A DNA stretch of 64,000 nucleotides from Pseudobdellovibrionaceae bacterium (GTDB taxonomy: Bacteria > Bdellovibrionota > Bdellovibrionia > Bdellovibrionales > JAMPXM01). The stretch covers positions 8,769 through 72,768 of the forward strand of contig CANHQR010000007.1 of assembly GCA_947462815.1 (NCBI GenBank), in the 5' to 3' direction. The notes beneath the pieces are model-generated. The model had not been told where the DNA came from. It searched no databases and saw nothing but the letters and a program-made list of their open reading frames with translations. Shown here one piece after another: positions 47,446-57,354 of the stretch (its first letter is position 1; the number at the start of each line of letters is the position of its first letter). The position numbers were made by a program, and so were the translations under genes.

Positions 47446-47728
47446 TTGGGCCTCCTTCGATCTTTTCGACGGAAGCTGCAGGACTCTTGATGTGGACAAG
47501 TGATGTGTTTTCGCGGTGTTTTTCCCCAAAAGTAGGACTCTTCGGGTGACCTCTTAGGTTAGGCTTTCGCCCAGCGTTATTAAAAATAGTGCGAAGCAGC
47601 TCTGTCATTCCCTGTCAGATTTGAATTCAAGCTCTATTTAGGTGCTCAGACGGACGCGCCGCGTCCGCGCAAATTGTCTCATGATGACAGAATCTGTCCC
47701 GAGGTCTGGGTTGTGGATAACTCTGTGG

Positions 47729-47760
47729 GGAAAACAAAAAAGGCCTCAAATTCGAGGCCT
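47729..47760 (-). terminator. Rho-independent terminator of the sdhCAB operon
   Basis: On the minus strand: AGGCCTC-gaattt-GAGGCCT followed by TTTTTGTTTT, 28 nt downstream of the sdhB stop. Confidence 0.75.
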
Positions 47761-47788
47761 TTCAGGGAATCTTAACTTTGCCCGTTTT

Positions 47789-48562
47789 TTAATCGCGCCG
47801 CTTCACTGATGCTTTCATGTACTCAGAATTCATTCGAGCGATGTTTTCAAAGCTGATCTCTTTGGGGCAAGCCAGCGAGCAGGCACCGGTGTTTGAGCAA
47901 TTTCCAAAACCTGCCTCTTCCATCGTCTGCATCATACGTAGCACGCGTCGTTCCCGCTCCGGCTCCCCTTGCGGCAGAACGGCCAAGTGATTCACCTTTG
48001 CCGACACAAACAACATTGCCGAGGAGTTGGCACAAGCCGCAACACACGCACCGCAACCAATGCAGGTGGCAGAGTTGAAGGCATCGTCGGCCTTCTCTTT
48101 GGGGACCGGCAGCGCGTTGGCGTCGGGGGCATTACCCGTATTGACGGAAATATATCCACCCGAGGCAATGATTCGATCAAAGGCTGTGCGGTCCACAGAA
48201 AGGTCTTTGATCACTGGGAAAGCCGTCGCACGGAAAGGCTCAACGACGATTTCCTGACCGTCGTGGAATTTACGCATATGCAACTGACAGGTTGCAGTTC
48301 CGCGCTCTGGACCATGAGGATTGCCGTTGATCACCATCGAGCAAGATCCACAGATCCCTTCTCGGCAATCGTGATCGAAAGCGATGGGATCACGACCTTC
48401 TTTGATCAAGCGGTTGTTGACGATATCCATCATCTCAAGAAATGAGGCATCGACGGGAATCTCGGGGGCGGAGATTTCTTCAAAACGACCCGCATCGGCG
48501 CGAGTCTTCTGTCGCCACACTTTGAGCTTCAAATTGATTTTTTTAGAGTTTGCGCTCGCCAT
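47789..48562 (-). CDS. sdhB: Succinate dehydrogenase/fumarate reductase iron-sulfur subunit
   Basis: 2Fe-2S (CREGICGSC), 4Fe-4S ([11 protein letters not shown]) and 3Fe-4S ([11 protein letters not shown]) cluster motifs are present. Confidence 0.9.
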   Translation of the reverse strand: MASANSKKINLKLKVWRQKTRADAGRFEEISAPEIPVDASFLEMMDIVNNRLIKEGRDPIAFDHDCREGICGSCSMVINGNPHGPERGTATCQLHMRKFHDGQEIVVEPFRATAFPVIKDLSVDRTAFDRIIASGGYISVNTGNAPDANALPVPKEKADDAFNSATCIGCGACVAACANSSAMLFVSAKVNHLAVLPQGEPERERRVLRMMQTMEEAGFGNCSNTGACSLACPKEISFENIARMNSEYMKASVKRRD

Positions 48563-48573
48563 TTATTCATTCC

Positions 48574-50493
48574 TCACTTGTAGCTACGGGTCGCCAACTT
48601 CACGTTTTCGAAGCTGAGAGGTTCGATGTGACGATTCCAATTCGTACGTCCGGGCTGTCCCGAGTATTCCCAGGCGGCCACATGACAGAAGTTTTCGTCG
48701 TCGCGTAGGGCTTCATTGTCCGGAGTTTGATACTCCTCACGGAAGTGTCCGCCGCAAGACTCTTTGCGCTCCAAAGCGTCGCGCGCCATCAGCTCGCCCA
48801 GCTCGAGAAAGTCGGCCACGCGACCCGCCTTTTCCAGCTCGGGGTTGATGTAGGACTTATCTCCCGAGATGCGAACGTCCTCGTAGAACTCGGAACGTAG
48901 TGTTTGAATCTCTTGAATCGCCTGCTTGAGACCCGCATCGGTTCGAGACATCCCAACCTTGTCCCACATGATGGTACCGAGCGCGCGATGGAAATCATCA
49001 ACAGTGCGCGAACCCTTCAACGCCATCAAACGATCGATACCGCCTTGAATTTCCGCTCGAGCCGCGCGGAAAGCGTCGTGCTGAGTATCAACCTTGGGAA
49101 GCTTCGTGCCCGCCAAGTAGTGACCAATTGTGTAGGGGATCACGAAGTATCCGTCAGCCAGGCCCTGCATAAGCGCCGAGGCTCCTAGGCGATTGGCGCC
49201 ATGATCTGAGAAGTTCGCCTCACCCAAAACATGCAGACCCGGAATCGTCGACATCAAGTTGTAGTCCACCCAAAGTCCACCCATCGTGTAGTGCACGGCG
49301 GGATAAATTCGCATCGGGACCTTATAGGGATTATCGCCGGTGATCTTTTCGTAAATGTCGAAGAGGTTTCCGTAGCGCTCGCTGACGACCTTCTCACCCA
49401 ACCGCTTGATGGCATCGCGGAAATCCAAATAAACGGCCACATTCGTTGGGCCAACGCCTCGGCCCTCATCGACGCGGAACTTCGCCTGCCGAGAGGCCAC
49501 ATCGCGGGGTGCGAGGTTTCCGAAGCTGGGATAAACGCGTTCAAGAAAGTAGTCGCGCTCATCATCGGGGATCTGCTCGGGCGGACGACGGTCGCCTGGG
49601 GTCTTTGGAACCCAGCATCGGCCATCATTGCGCAGTGATTCGCTCATCAGCGTCAGTTTTGACTGATAATCGCCAGAGTGAGGGATGCAGGTCGGGTGGA
49701 TTTGGGTGAAACAAGGATTGGCGAAAGCGGCTCCCCGGCGATGGGCCCGCCAGATCGCCGTCGTATTCGACATCTTCGCATTCGTCGAATGGAAGAACAC
49801 GTTACCGTATCCCCCAGTCGCCAAAATCACGGCATCTGCCGCATAGGACTCCAGCTCCCCGGTCACTAAATTGCGAGCCAAAACCCCACGCGCGACTCCG
49901 TCAACGAGCACGATGTCCATCACTTCGCGACGCGTGAAGAGCTTCACACCACCCGCGTCCACCTGGCGCATCATCGCCTGATAGGCTCCGATGAGCAGCT
50001 GCTGTCCTGTTTGACCTCGTGCATAGAAAGTCCGCGACACCTGAGCGCCGCCGAAAGACCGGTTGGTCAGCGTGCCGCCATACTCGCGCGCAAACGGAAC
50101 ACCTTGAGCCACACATTGATCGATGATGTTGGGGGAAATTTCGGCCAAGCGATGAACGTTCGACTCACGAGCGCGGAAGTCTCCACCCTTAATTGTGTCG
50201 TAGAACAATCGATAAACTGAATCGCCATCGTTCTGATAATTCTTCGCCGCGTTGATTCCGCCCTGAGCAGCAATCGAGTGTGCACGGCGTGGCGACTCGT
50301 GCATACACAACGTGACCACATTGTAGCCCAATTCGGCCATTGTGGCCGATGCTGATGCGCCCGCCAAACCTGTGCCCACGACAATGACGGTGTGCTTGCG
50401 CTTGTTCGCCGGGTTGACGAGCTTCATCTCGAATTTATGTTTCGACCACTTTTCCGAGATCGGACCTGAAGGAGCTTTTGAGTCGAGTTTCAT
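48574..50493 (-). CDS. sdhA: Succinate dehydrogenase/fumarate reductase flavoprotein subunit
   Basis: 639 aa. FAD-binding [12 protein letters not shown], the covalent-FAD His region ([11 protein letters not shown]) and an active-site HPT/HYTMGG-type motif are present. Confidence 0.95.
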   Translation of the reverse strand: MKLDSKAPSGPISEKWSKHKFEMKLVNPANKRKHTVIVVGTGLAGASASATMAELGYNVVTLCMHESPRRAHSIAAQGGINAAKNYQNDGDSVYRLFYDTIKGGDFRARESNVHRLAEISPNIIDQCVAQGVPFAREYGGTLTNRSFGGAQVSRTFYARGQTGQQLLIGAYQAMMRQVDAGGVKLFTRREVMDIVLVDGVARGVLARNLVTGELESYAADAVILATGGYGNVFFHSTNAKMSNTTAIWRAHRRGAAFANPCFTQIHPTCIPHSGDYQSKLTLMSESLRNDGRCWVPKTPGDRRPPEQIPDDERDYFLERVYPSFGNLAPRDVASRQAKFRVDEGRGVGPTNVAVYLDFRDAIKRLGEKVVSERYGNLFDIYEKITGDNPYKVPMRIYPAVHYTMGGLWVDYNLMSTIPGLHVLGEANFSDHGANRLGASALMQGLADGYFVIPYTIGHYLAGTKLPKVDTQHDAFRAARAEIQGGIDRLMALKGSRTVDDFHRALGTIMWDKVGMSRTDAGLKQAIQEIQTLRSEFYEDVRISGDKSYINPELEKAGRVADFLELGELMARDALERKESCGGHFREEYQTPDNEALRDDENFCHVAAWEYSGQPGRTNWNRHIEPLSFENVKLATRSYK

Positions 50494-50503
50494 GCGCTCT
50501 CCC

Positions 50504-51175
50504 TTAATTCGCTTTCGTCATCAACACGTAAAGCGGCGGAATGATGAATCCGGCCGCCACGACAAAGCTGTAGACATAGCCGAGGCCATGGATCATTGGC
50601 GAATAGCGTGGATGGTAGAATCCCAGCGTCGCGAATGACGAGTAGAAACCATGACTCAAATGCAACCCCACGCCGACCATACAAAGCGTGTAACCAATGA
50701 CGTAGGCGGGTTGGGCGAACACCTCGATCACAAGCCGATGCAAATCGCGCATTTGTACGCCGTCATAGACGATTTGGTAATTGGTGCCGAACTTGAAGGT
50801 CAGCAAATGCCAGACCAAGAAAACGGCGAGCAGTGAGCCGTGAAAGATCATCCAGGTCGACTGAAAGCGCGGTGCCTTGGAGCCATTGGTACCCATCGCG
50901 TATTTTTGGGGTCGAGCACGGCGATTCTCCAAGGTGAGCTTTATGCCGTTTCCGATGTGCACCAGGATGGTGAGAACCAAAAGCCCCTCGGCCAAATAGA
51001 TCGCCGGATTGGTGATGAGCGCATGCGAGTACTTGTTGTAAAGCTCTGCACTGAAGGGAATGAGGAGATTCGCCGCCATGTGCGTGAGTACGAATCCGCT
51101 CCAAACGAGTCCTGTGATCGCCATCAACTGCTTCCGCCCAATCGCGGAACTCAGATAGCTCAATGATTTTTGCAT
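50504..51175 (-). CDS. sdhC: Succinate dehydrogenase cytochrome b subunit (single-subunit, b558 type)
   Basis: Five hydrophobic helices with conserved His residues. ATG 51175 ([19 protein letters not shown]). The track ORF's 27 upstream codons are rejected. Confidence 0.8.
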   Translation of the reverse strand: MQKSLSYLSSAIGRKQLMAITGLVWSGFVLTHMAANLLIPFSAELYNKYSHALITNPAIYLAEGLLVLTILVHIGNGIKLTLENRRARPQKYAMGTNGSKAPRFQSTWMIFHGSLLAVFLVWHLLTFKFGTNYQIVYDGVQMRDLHRLVIEVFAQPAYVIGYTLCMVGVGLHLSHGFYSSFATLGFYHPRYSPMIHGLGYVYSFVVAAGFIIPPLYVLMTKAN

Positions 51176-51328
51176 CGCCTCTCCTGCTGTACGGCTCCCG
51201 TACTTCTGCTGTCGCGCATCCCCAACCCAGTCGAAACACGACAAAAACAACTGCAACCTCAGCCCCTATTTTAGCCGATCTCTGCGCGTCTGCACATCGA
51301 CCAAGCCGTTCGAACTCGGGCGTTAAAT

Positions 51329-51357
51329 TCGTTCTGAACTGCATCGTTCTGAACTGC
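51329..51357. promoter_or_regulatory. Tandem 14-nt direct repeat, each copy with a GTTCnGAAC palindrome (candidate operator)
   Basis: TCGTTCTGAACTGC a TCGTTCTGAACTGC, in the 527-nt divergent sdhC/etfB intergenic region. Confidence 0.35.
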
Positions 51358-51702
51358 CACGACCGAGTCCACCCCCAAGACCGCCACCGATCGTCACCAT
51401 CGATCTTGACGACCGTTGCGATCACAGGTTCTCGCCTGCCGAAAATTCAATTTGTTTTCAAATCCGTCCTCTCTGCTTACTCCTCTCCAACTCGTCTGTC
51501 TATTTCTGACCAGACCCGCGACCTGTCGCTCGACCACAAGGGGCGCGAACGGGTCTCGCCGCGGGTCCGCTCATCCTCGGGTCGCGGTTTGATTCGTGGT
51601 CAACTTTCGGGCATAAAGAACACTCGTTTTTTGAGCGTTCTGCATTTGCAGGCTCGAGCGCCCAAACGGGTTGAGCTGGAGCCATTACTCCCGGAGGGCA
51701 TC

Positions 51703-52476
51703 ATGCGCGTCGCCGTGTGCATCAAACAGGTTCCCGATACGGAAACCAAAATCAAACTCAAGCCCGATGCGAGCGGGATCGACCCAGCGGGAATCAAATG
51801 GGTGATGAATCCCTACGATGAATTTGCCGTCGAAGAAGGCATCAAACTTCGCGAGAGCGGCAAGGCGACTCAGGTGGTCGTGTTCTCGGTGGGCCCGAAG
51901 GCTCGCGTGGTCGAAACGCTTCGCACCGCCTTGGCGATGGGAGCCGACGAGGGTGTTGTGGTGGATGCGGCTGATGACCTCGACCCATCGCTGACCGCGA
52001 AGGCCCTCGCTAAGGCCATCCAAGCCGAAGGTGAGTTCGGCTTGGTTTTGACGGGGAAATTAGCGATCGACGATAATCTCGCGAGCGTGGGGCAGATGCT
52101 CGCTGAATCGCTCCAATTTCCTCATGCCACCGTGGTTTCAAAACTCGAAGTCGGCGAAGCGCTAATCGCCGAGCGCGAGGTCGAAGGCGGCAGCAAAGAG
52201 ATTTTGTCTCTGCAAAAACCCGCACTCATTGGCGCAAATAAGGGGCTCAACACACCCCGCTACGCCAGCCTTCCTGGAATTATGAAGGCCAAAAAGAAAA
52301 CCTTGAAAGAACACAACCTCGCGGGCCTCGGCCTGGATGTTTCGCAGCTGAAAATGAAGCATGTTGCTTTCGCGCTACCAGCCGATAAACCGCCGGTCAA
52401 AATGCTCGACGGTGATCCCGCAAACCAAGCCAAGTCTCTGGCAAATTTCCTGCGCAACGAAGCGAAGGTTCTTTAA
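51703..52476 (+). CDS. etfB: Electron transfer flavoprotein beta subunit
   Basis: MRVAVCIKQVPDTETKIKL... with GGAGGG SD before ATG 51703. The track ORF's 180 upstream codons cover the intergenic region and are rejected. Confidence 0.9.
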   Translation: MRVAVCIKQVPDTETKIKLKPDASGIDPAGIKWVMNPYDEFAVEEGIKLRESGKATQVVVFSVGPKARVVETLRTALAMGADEGVVVDAADDLDPSLTAKALAKAIQAEGEFGLVLTGKLAIDDNLASVGQMLAESLQFPHATVVSKLEVGEALIAEREVEGGSKEILSLQKPALIGANKGLNTPRYASLPGIMKAKKKTLKEHNLAGLGLDVSQLKMKHVAFALPADKPPVKMLDGDPANQAKSLANFLRNEAKVL

Positions 52477-52501
52477 TCGTACGAATCGAGGAGATGTAGT
52501 C

Positions 52502-53479
52502 ATGTCTAAAGTACTCGTATTGACCGAATTCGCCCCCGGTTCGAATCAAGCCAAAAAGGGCGCGCTGGAGCTATTCACGGCGACCCGACAGGCTGGTCTT
52601 CACACCCAAGCGCTCGTGTTGGGCACCGGCGCGCAAGGCGTCGCCCAGAGCCTGGCGGGCTGGGGTGTTCAAGAGGCCTTTGTGTCGGACCATGCGGACT
52701 TTGATCGCTACAACCCGGAGCTCTTCGCTGAAGTGGTGGCCTCGGCCATTCGTGATTCCGGGGCGGAAGTGGTCTTGGCAACATCCAGCATGCTCGCACG
52801 CGACCTCTTCCCTCGCGTCGCGGCTCGTCTCGACACCGCAGCTGTCAGCGACTGCACGGAGCTCAAGTTCAACAGTGCCGCTCCGCAGGTTCGACGTCCA
52901 CTCTACGCCGGCAAATGCAGCGCCGAAGTGAGCTTCCTGGGGTCCGGGCCGAAAATGATTCTGATGCGGGCCAATCAACTCCCCGTTGGCGAGCCCACCA
53001 GCGGCGGAGCCGTGCAGATCAAAACAATTCCGAGTCCCTCCAACCAAGGTCTTCGCAGCATCATTAAAGATGTGGTCAAAGGTGCGAGCGGAAAGCTCGA
53101 TCTCACGGAAGCCAACATTATCGTCGCCGGTGGCCGTGGCCTGAAAGAGGCCAGCAATTTTCAGTTGCTTCACGATCTTGCCGATACCTGTGGCGCGACA
53201 GTTGGAGCATCTCGCGCCGTCGTCGACGCCGGCTGGGTTCCCCACGGCATGCAGGTTGGACAAACCGGCAAGACGGTTGCACCGAGTCTCTACATCGCGG
53301 TTGGCATTTCGGGAGCGATTCAGCATTTGGCGGGTATGAGCGGCTCCAAGGTCATCGTTGCGATCAACAAGGACGCCAACGCTCCGATTTTCCAAAAAGC
53401 GACCTACGGCATTGTGGGCGATCTCTTTGACGTGGTTCCCGCACTGACCTCAGAGTTCAAATCGCTGCTCTCGCAGTGA
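52502..53479 (+). CDS. etfA: Electron transfer flavoprotein alpha subunit
   Basis: FAD-binding C-terminal signature [43 protein letters not shown] precedes ATG 52502. Confidence 0.9.
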   Translation: MSKVLVLTEFAPGSNQAKKGALELFTATRQAGLHTQALVLGTGAQGVAQSLAGWGVQEAFVSDHADFDRYNPELFAEVVASAIRDSGAEVVLATSSMLARDLFPRVAARLDTAAVSDCTELKFNSAAPQVRRPLYAGKCSAEVSFLGSGPKMILMRANQLPVGEPTSGGAVQIKTIPSPSNQGLRSIIKDVVKGASGKLDLTEANIIVAGGRGLKEASNFQLLHDLADTCGATVGASRAVVDAGWVPHGMQVGQTGKTVAPSLYIAVGISGAIQHLAGMSGSKVIVAINKDANAPIFQKATYGIVGDLFDVVPALTSEFKSLLSQ

Positions 53480-54180
53480 GCTGGGGTATGCGCGATTTGT
53501 TAAGAGCACGAATGAAGTCGACACTTCGACGAATCGCGCCCTGGTTCGCTTTCATTTTGCATCGGAGCCTGCTCGCCACCTGGAGAGTCGAGTTCCATGA
53601 GTCGCCAGCCTTTCAATCGGCCCGTCGTAACGGCGAGCCGATCGTCTTTGCGCATTGGCACGGCGACGAACTCGGACTCGTGTTTTTACTTCCTTATTAC
53701 AAGTCATGCGCCATGGTTTCGACGAGCGAAGACGGCAGCATCATGGCGAAGGTGGTTGAGCTTTACGGCGCGAAGGTGTCGCGCGGCTCGAGCACTCGTG
53801 GCGGAGTCAGTGCGCTGCGCGGCCTCTTGCGATTGGCTCGCGATGGTTGGAGTCCCAGCGTTGCTGTCGATGGCCCTAAAGGTCCGCGACATCGAGCCAA
53901 GCCTGGTGTATTTGAATTAGCCAAGCTCACGGGTGGACGAATTTATCCCCTCGTCGCCGATTGCGATCGCGGATGGGTTTTCCGGAAGTCCTGGAATCAA
54001 GCCTATCTTCCCAAGCCGGGTGCCCGCGTCTGCATTCATGTCGGCGATCCCTTGCCGCTCTTAAACAAGGACGTGGACGCTCATGATGTCGGGCTCGCCC
54101 AAAGTCTTGAAGCCGCTCTCACTAATGCAAAGCGCCACGCGCGCAGCTTGATCGAGTGCCCCGCGGACTCAGTCTCCTGA
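53476..54180 (+). CDS. DUF374-family (lysophospholipid acyltransferase-like) protein
   Basis: FAHWHGDE ... STSEDGSIMAKVVELYGAKVSRGSSTRGG ... VAVDGPKGPRHRAKPGV is typical of DUF374. GTG 53476 overlaps the etfA stop (GTGA); ATG 53488 is an alternative start. Confidence 0.7.
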   Translation: MSWGMRDLLRARMKSTLRRIAPWFAFILHRSLLATWRVEFHESPAFQSARRNGEPIVFAHWHGDELGLVFLLPYYKSCAMVSTSEDGSIMAKVVELYGAKVSRGSSTRGGVSALRGLLRLARDGWSPSVAVDGPKGPRHRAKPGVFELAKLTGGRIYPLVADCDRGWVFRKSWNQAYLPKPGARVCIHVGDPLPLLNKDVDAHDVGLAQSLEAALTNAKRHARSLIECPADSVS

Positions 54181-54345
54181 ACAACTTCCAATCGTCCATG
54201 CCGTGCAACTCCCCACATACGAGTTTTTGTGGCGAAATTATTTTGCGGCGCCCAATGCCCTTTGTTAGCCTTTTCGTAGGCCTCACCGAATATTTCGTCG
54301 TGAGATCGCGGCCGATGAACGGCCAGAGATTTTGAGGGGTTAAGG

Positions 54346-55215
54346 ATGATTCGTCTCAGCAAGACCAGCAGCAGTACCGCCCGTCTCTTGGCGCTCAGTC
54401 TATCACTATCGATCGGCACCGTCGTCGCGCTCTCGGGGGCACCGACTGCGGAGGCTCAAAACGCGAATGACGTCGTGGCCGTCGTCGGCAGCAAGCAGAT
54501 CAGCGTGAAGGAATTCAAGGACAAATACGATGAGGTTCTGCGCCAAACCATCAATCCGCCGACAAAAGAGCAGTTTTTAGAGGACCTCATTCGCTACGAA
54601 ATGGGAGTTCAAGAGGCTTCTAAACGAAAGCTCGAGGATGATCCGATCGTGAAAGAGCGCATTCGCCAGGAGATCTACAAGGGTCTCATTGAGCGAGAGC
54701 TGGGCAATAAAGTTCAAGAGATTAAGGTCACTGACGCTGAGATGCAGGCCTATTACAAAAAGAATCCCGAGATCCGAACCAGCCACATCTTGATCGAGTT
54801 TCGCCCAGATGCGACGGCCGAACAGAAGAAGGCCGCGCGCGATCGCGCCACCGAGATCTTCAATGAAGTCAAAAAGGGGAAACGCGCTTTTGAAGAATAT
54901 GTCGGCCTTTACACAGATGATGTTTTGTCGAAGCGCACAGGCGGCGATGTGGGTTGGCAAACTGGGTTAACTTTGGTGCCCGCCTACTATAATACGGCGA
55001 TGGAAATGAAGCTGAACGAGGTTCGCGGTCTGATCGAAACCCAGTACGGTTTCCACATCATCAAAAAGACGGGCGTCCGCTCTTACTCTGAAGCGAATAA
55101 GCGTACGATTCGTGCCGCAGTCTTCGACGAAAAGCGAAAAAAAATCTTCGACGCTTACTTTGCGCAGCTTCGCAAACAGTATCCCGTGCGCACGAACAAG
55201 GATAAGCTGCCCTAA
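54346..55215 (+). CDS. Parvulin-type peptidyl-prolyl isomerase (PrsA/SurA-like), secreted
   Basis: Signal peptide (ALSLSLSIGTVVALSGAPTAEA). Parvulin domain (IRTSHILIEF...GGDVGWQT...TQYGFHIIKK). Confidence 0.75.
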   Translation: MIRLSKTSSSTARLLALSLSLSIGTVVALSGAPTAEAQNANDVVAVVGSKQISVKEFKDKYDEVLRQTINPPTKEQFLEDLIRYEMGVQEASKRKLEDDPIVKERIRQEIYKGLIERELGNKVQEIKVTDAEMQAYYKKNPEIRTSHILIEFRPDATAEQKKAARDRATEIFNEVKKGKRAFEEYVGLYTDDVLSKRTGGDVGWQTGLTLVPAYYNTAMEMKLNEVRGLIETQYGFHIIKKTGVRSYSEANKRTIRAAVFDEKRKKIFDAYFAQLRKQYPVRTNKDKLP

Positions 55216-55289
55216 CGATGTCGGCACAAAACTTTAAGTGTTTCACTTTAAAGCCGCGCTCGTCGCGGCTTTTTCGTTCGGGCCAGGGA

Positions 55290-56282
55290 ATGAGCCAGAG
55301 GAATAGCCGAAGCGTCCTGACGCTCGGCTTGGCCGCACTCGGGCTCATCGCCCTCGTTGGCTGTAGCCCACAGTGCACCTCTCGGTCAGGTCGACTTGTT
55401 CAGCGACCTGTCCTGATCGTGAACTCCGAACCGATCAGCACACGAGTCCTGAGCGAACGACTCGCGCAACTCCTGCGCAATCGTGATCCCCTTTCTGTCA
55501 AAGACCCGCAGAATCTCGAGCGGAGCAAGCGCGAGGTCACCAATAACCTCATCGTTGAAACTCTCACTCGACAATGGGCCGAGAAGAATAAAATCCAGGT
55601 GAGCCCCGAAGATTTGGATCGGCGGATCACTTCGATTCGCGCCGAATACAAGGATGAAATCTCATTTCGCAGAATGTTGGCCGAAGAGAACCTGGCCTTC
55701 GATATTTGGCGCGATTCGCTGCAGAGAAGTTTGTTGGAAAAGAAGGTGTTCGAGGCGGTGACCGCGCAGACTCCGGCAGCGACCGAGATCGAACTCAAAG
55801 AGCTCTTTCAGAATAATAAGGCACATTTCGACCGACCGCCGCGTGTACGGCTGAGGCAGATCCTTTTGGAGCGCGAGGAAGACGCGCAGAGGATCATGGA
55901 AGAACTTCTCAAGGGAAAAAAGCTCGAGGATCTGGCGCGCCAATTTTCAATCGCACCGGAAGCGCCGCAAGGTGGAGATACCGGGTGGATTGAAAAGGGG
56001 TCCCTGGATGTTTTTGATATGGCATTCAAGATGGGGATTGGCCAGCGCAGCAAGATCCTCAAGTCACCCTTTGGCTGGCACATCTATGAAGTCCTCGCGA
56101 AAGAGGGCGAACGCAAGCTGAAGTTTGACCAGGTGCGCGAGCAACTGATTCGTGAACATCGCGAGGCCGCCGCGCAAAGGCTTTACAGGACATGGCTAGA
56201 AGAGCAGATTCGTAGTGCATCTGTGAAGATTGATGAAACCATTCTGTCTTCGATCGTGATCAGCACGGACTCCGGCGAATGA
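55290..56282 (+). CDS. Parvulin-type peptidyl-prolyl isomerase, predicted lipoprotein
   Basis: ATG 55290 gives MSQRNSRSVLTLGLAALGLIALVGC (lipobox LVGC). Parvulin domain (VRLRQILL...GGDTGWIEKG...SPFGWHIYEV). Confidence 0.75.
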   Translation: MSQRNSRSVLTLGLAALGLIALVGCSPQCTSRSGRLVQRPVLIVNSEPISTRVLSERLAQLLRNRDPLSVKDPQNLERSKREVTNNLIVETLTRQWAEKNKIQVSPEDLDRRITSIRAEYKDEISFRRMLAEENLAFDIWRDSLQRSLLEKKVFEAVTAQTPAATEIELKELFQNNKAHFDRPPRVRLRQILLEREEDAQRIMEELLKGKKLEDLARQFSIAPEAPQGGDTGWIEKGSLDVFDMAFKMGIGQRSKILKSPFGWHIYEVLAKEGERKLKFDQVREQLIREHREAAAQRLYRTWLEEQIRSASVKIDETILSSIVISTDSGE

Positions 56283-56334
56283 CTGGAATTTCAAACTGCC
56301 GGAGTCATAACCGAGTCTCGTCCGAGGAGTCATT

Positions 56335-57354
56335 ATGCAAAGCCCACGAGAATCTAAGCCTTCTCGACAAGCTCAGGTCGTACGAGCTGCCGCGGGAGTT
56401 TTCGCCACACTTGTGTTGCTGGGCGGACCAGCTGTTGGTGCTAGGACACAGGTCGATCGAATTCTCGCAATTGTGAATGATGAAATCGTCACGCAAAGCG
56501 ATCTGAAGCTTTTCATTGAAAAACTAAAAAGCGGCGGACTTGTCGATGATCAACTCGTTCCCGACGATGCAACCAAGCAATCCTTGATGAAGAATGAAAC
56601 ATCGGCGCTCCAGAAACTGATCGATGCGCGCATTCTCGACGGCGAAGTTCGTCGCCAGGGTTTGAGCATACCAGTTGAGCGCGTTGAGCAGGAGATTCGA
56701 AGCATTGCCAAACGCAACCGAACGAATCGAGACGGTTTGCGAGAGGCCTTAACCGCACAAGGCATCGACTTCGCAGAGTATCAGGAGTTTCTAAAAACCG
56801 GGCTCGAGCGGCAAGCGCTTGTGGAAAAGTCTGTGACTTCGAAGATCAAAATTTCCGAGGATGATGTCGTCGCGGCCTTTATGGCAGAGGGCAAATCCGC
56901 CGAGTCCCAGGCCTTCGAGTACAGTCTTTCACATATCCTGTTCCTCAGCTCGCGTGGCGGCGCAGAGGCCGCAAAGAAGCGGGGCGCCGAGGCGCTACAG
57001 AAGCTGAAAGAGGGCGCACCTTGGGATCGAGTCGCGGCGGACTTCTCTGAAGATCCCGGTTTCGAGCTAGGCGGCGTATTGGGAACATTCAAAACGGGCG
57101 AGTTGAGCCCGGAGCTTGAAAAGGCAATCAGCAATTCGAAGCTTTCACCCGGCGATTATTTGCCACAACTCTTGCCCGCCTCAGGTGGTTTCCATATCGT
57201 TCGGCTCACGCGACGAAAGCTCATTCCTGATCCTAAGATCGAGAAAGAGAAAGATCGGATTCGTGGCCTCCTCGGCGAGCGGGCCTTTAGACGACAATAT
57301 GATGCGTGGCTCGAGCAGCTGCGCTCTGAAGCCTTCATTCGCATTAACAAGTGA
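56335..57354 (+). CDS. surA: SurA-like periplasmic chaperone / parvulin PPIase
   Basis: SurA N-terminal domain (VDRILAIVNDEIVTQSDLKLF) and one parvulin domain (YSLSHILF...GGVLGTFKTGEL...SGGFHIVRL). It sits directly upstream of pdxA, as in E. coli. Confidence 0.7.
   Translation: MQSPRESKPSRQAQVVRAAAGVFATLVLLGGPAVGARTQVDRILAIVNDEIVTQSDLKLFIEKLKSGGLVDDQLVPDDATKQSLMKNETSALQKLIDARILDGEVRRQGLSIPVERVEQEIRSIAKRNRTNRDGLREALTAQGIDFAEYQEFLKTGLERQALVEKSVTSKIKISEDDVVAAFMAEGKSAESQAFEYSLSHILFLSSRGGAEAAKKRGAEALQKLKEGAPWDRVAADFSEDPGFELGGVLGTFKTGELSPELEKAISNSKLSPGDYLPQLLPASGGFHIVRLTRRKLIPDPKIEKEKDRIRGLLGERAFRRQYDAWLEQLRSEAFIRINK

Noticed and set aside
47712-47720. Perfect DnaA box TGTGGATAA as a marker of a replication origin.
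   Set aside because: There is only a single box, with no cluster of boxes, no AT-rich unwinding element and no dnaA/dnaN nearby. About 0.5 such 9-mers are expected by chance in this window. It is kept only as a minor note in the 47089-47728 finding.
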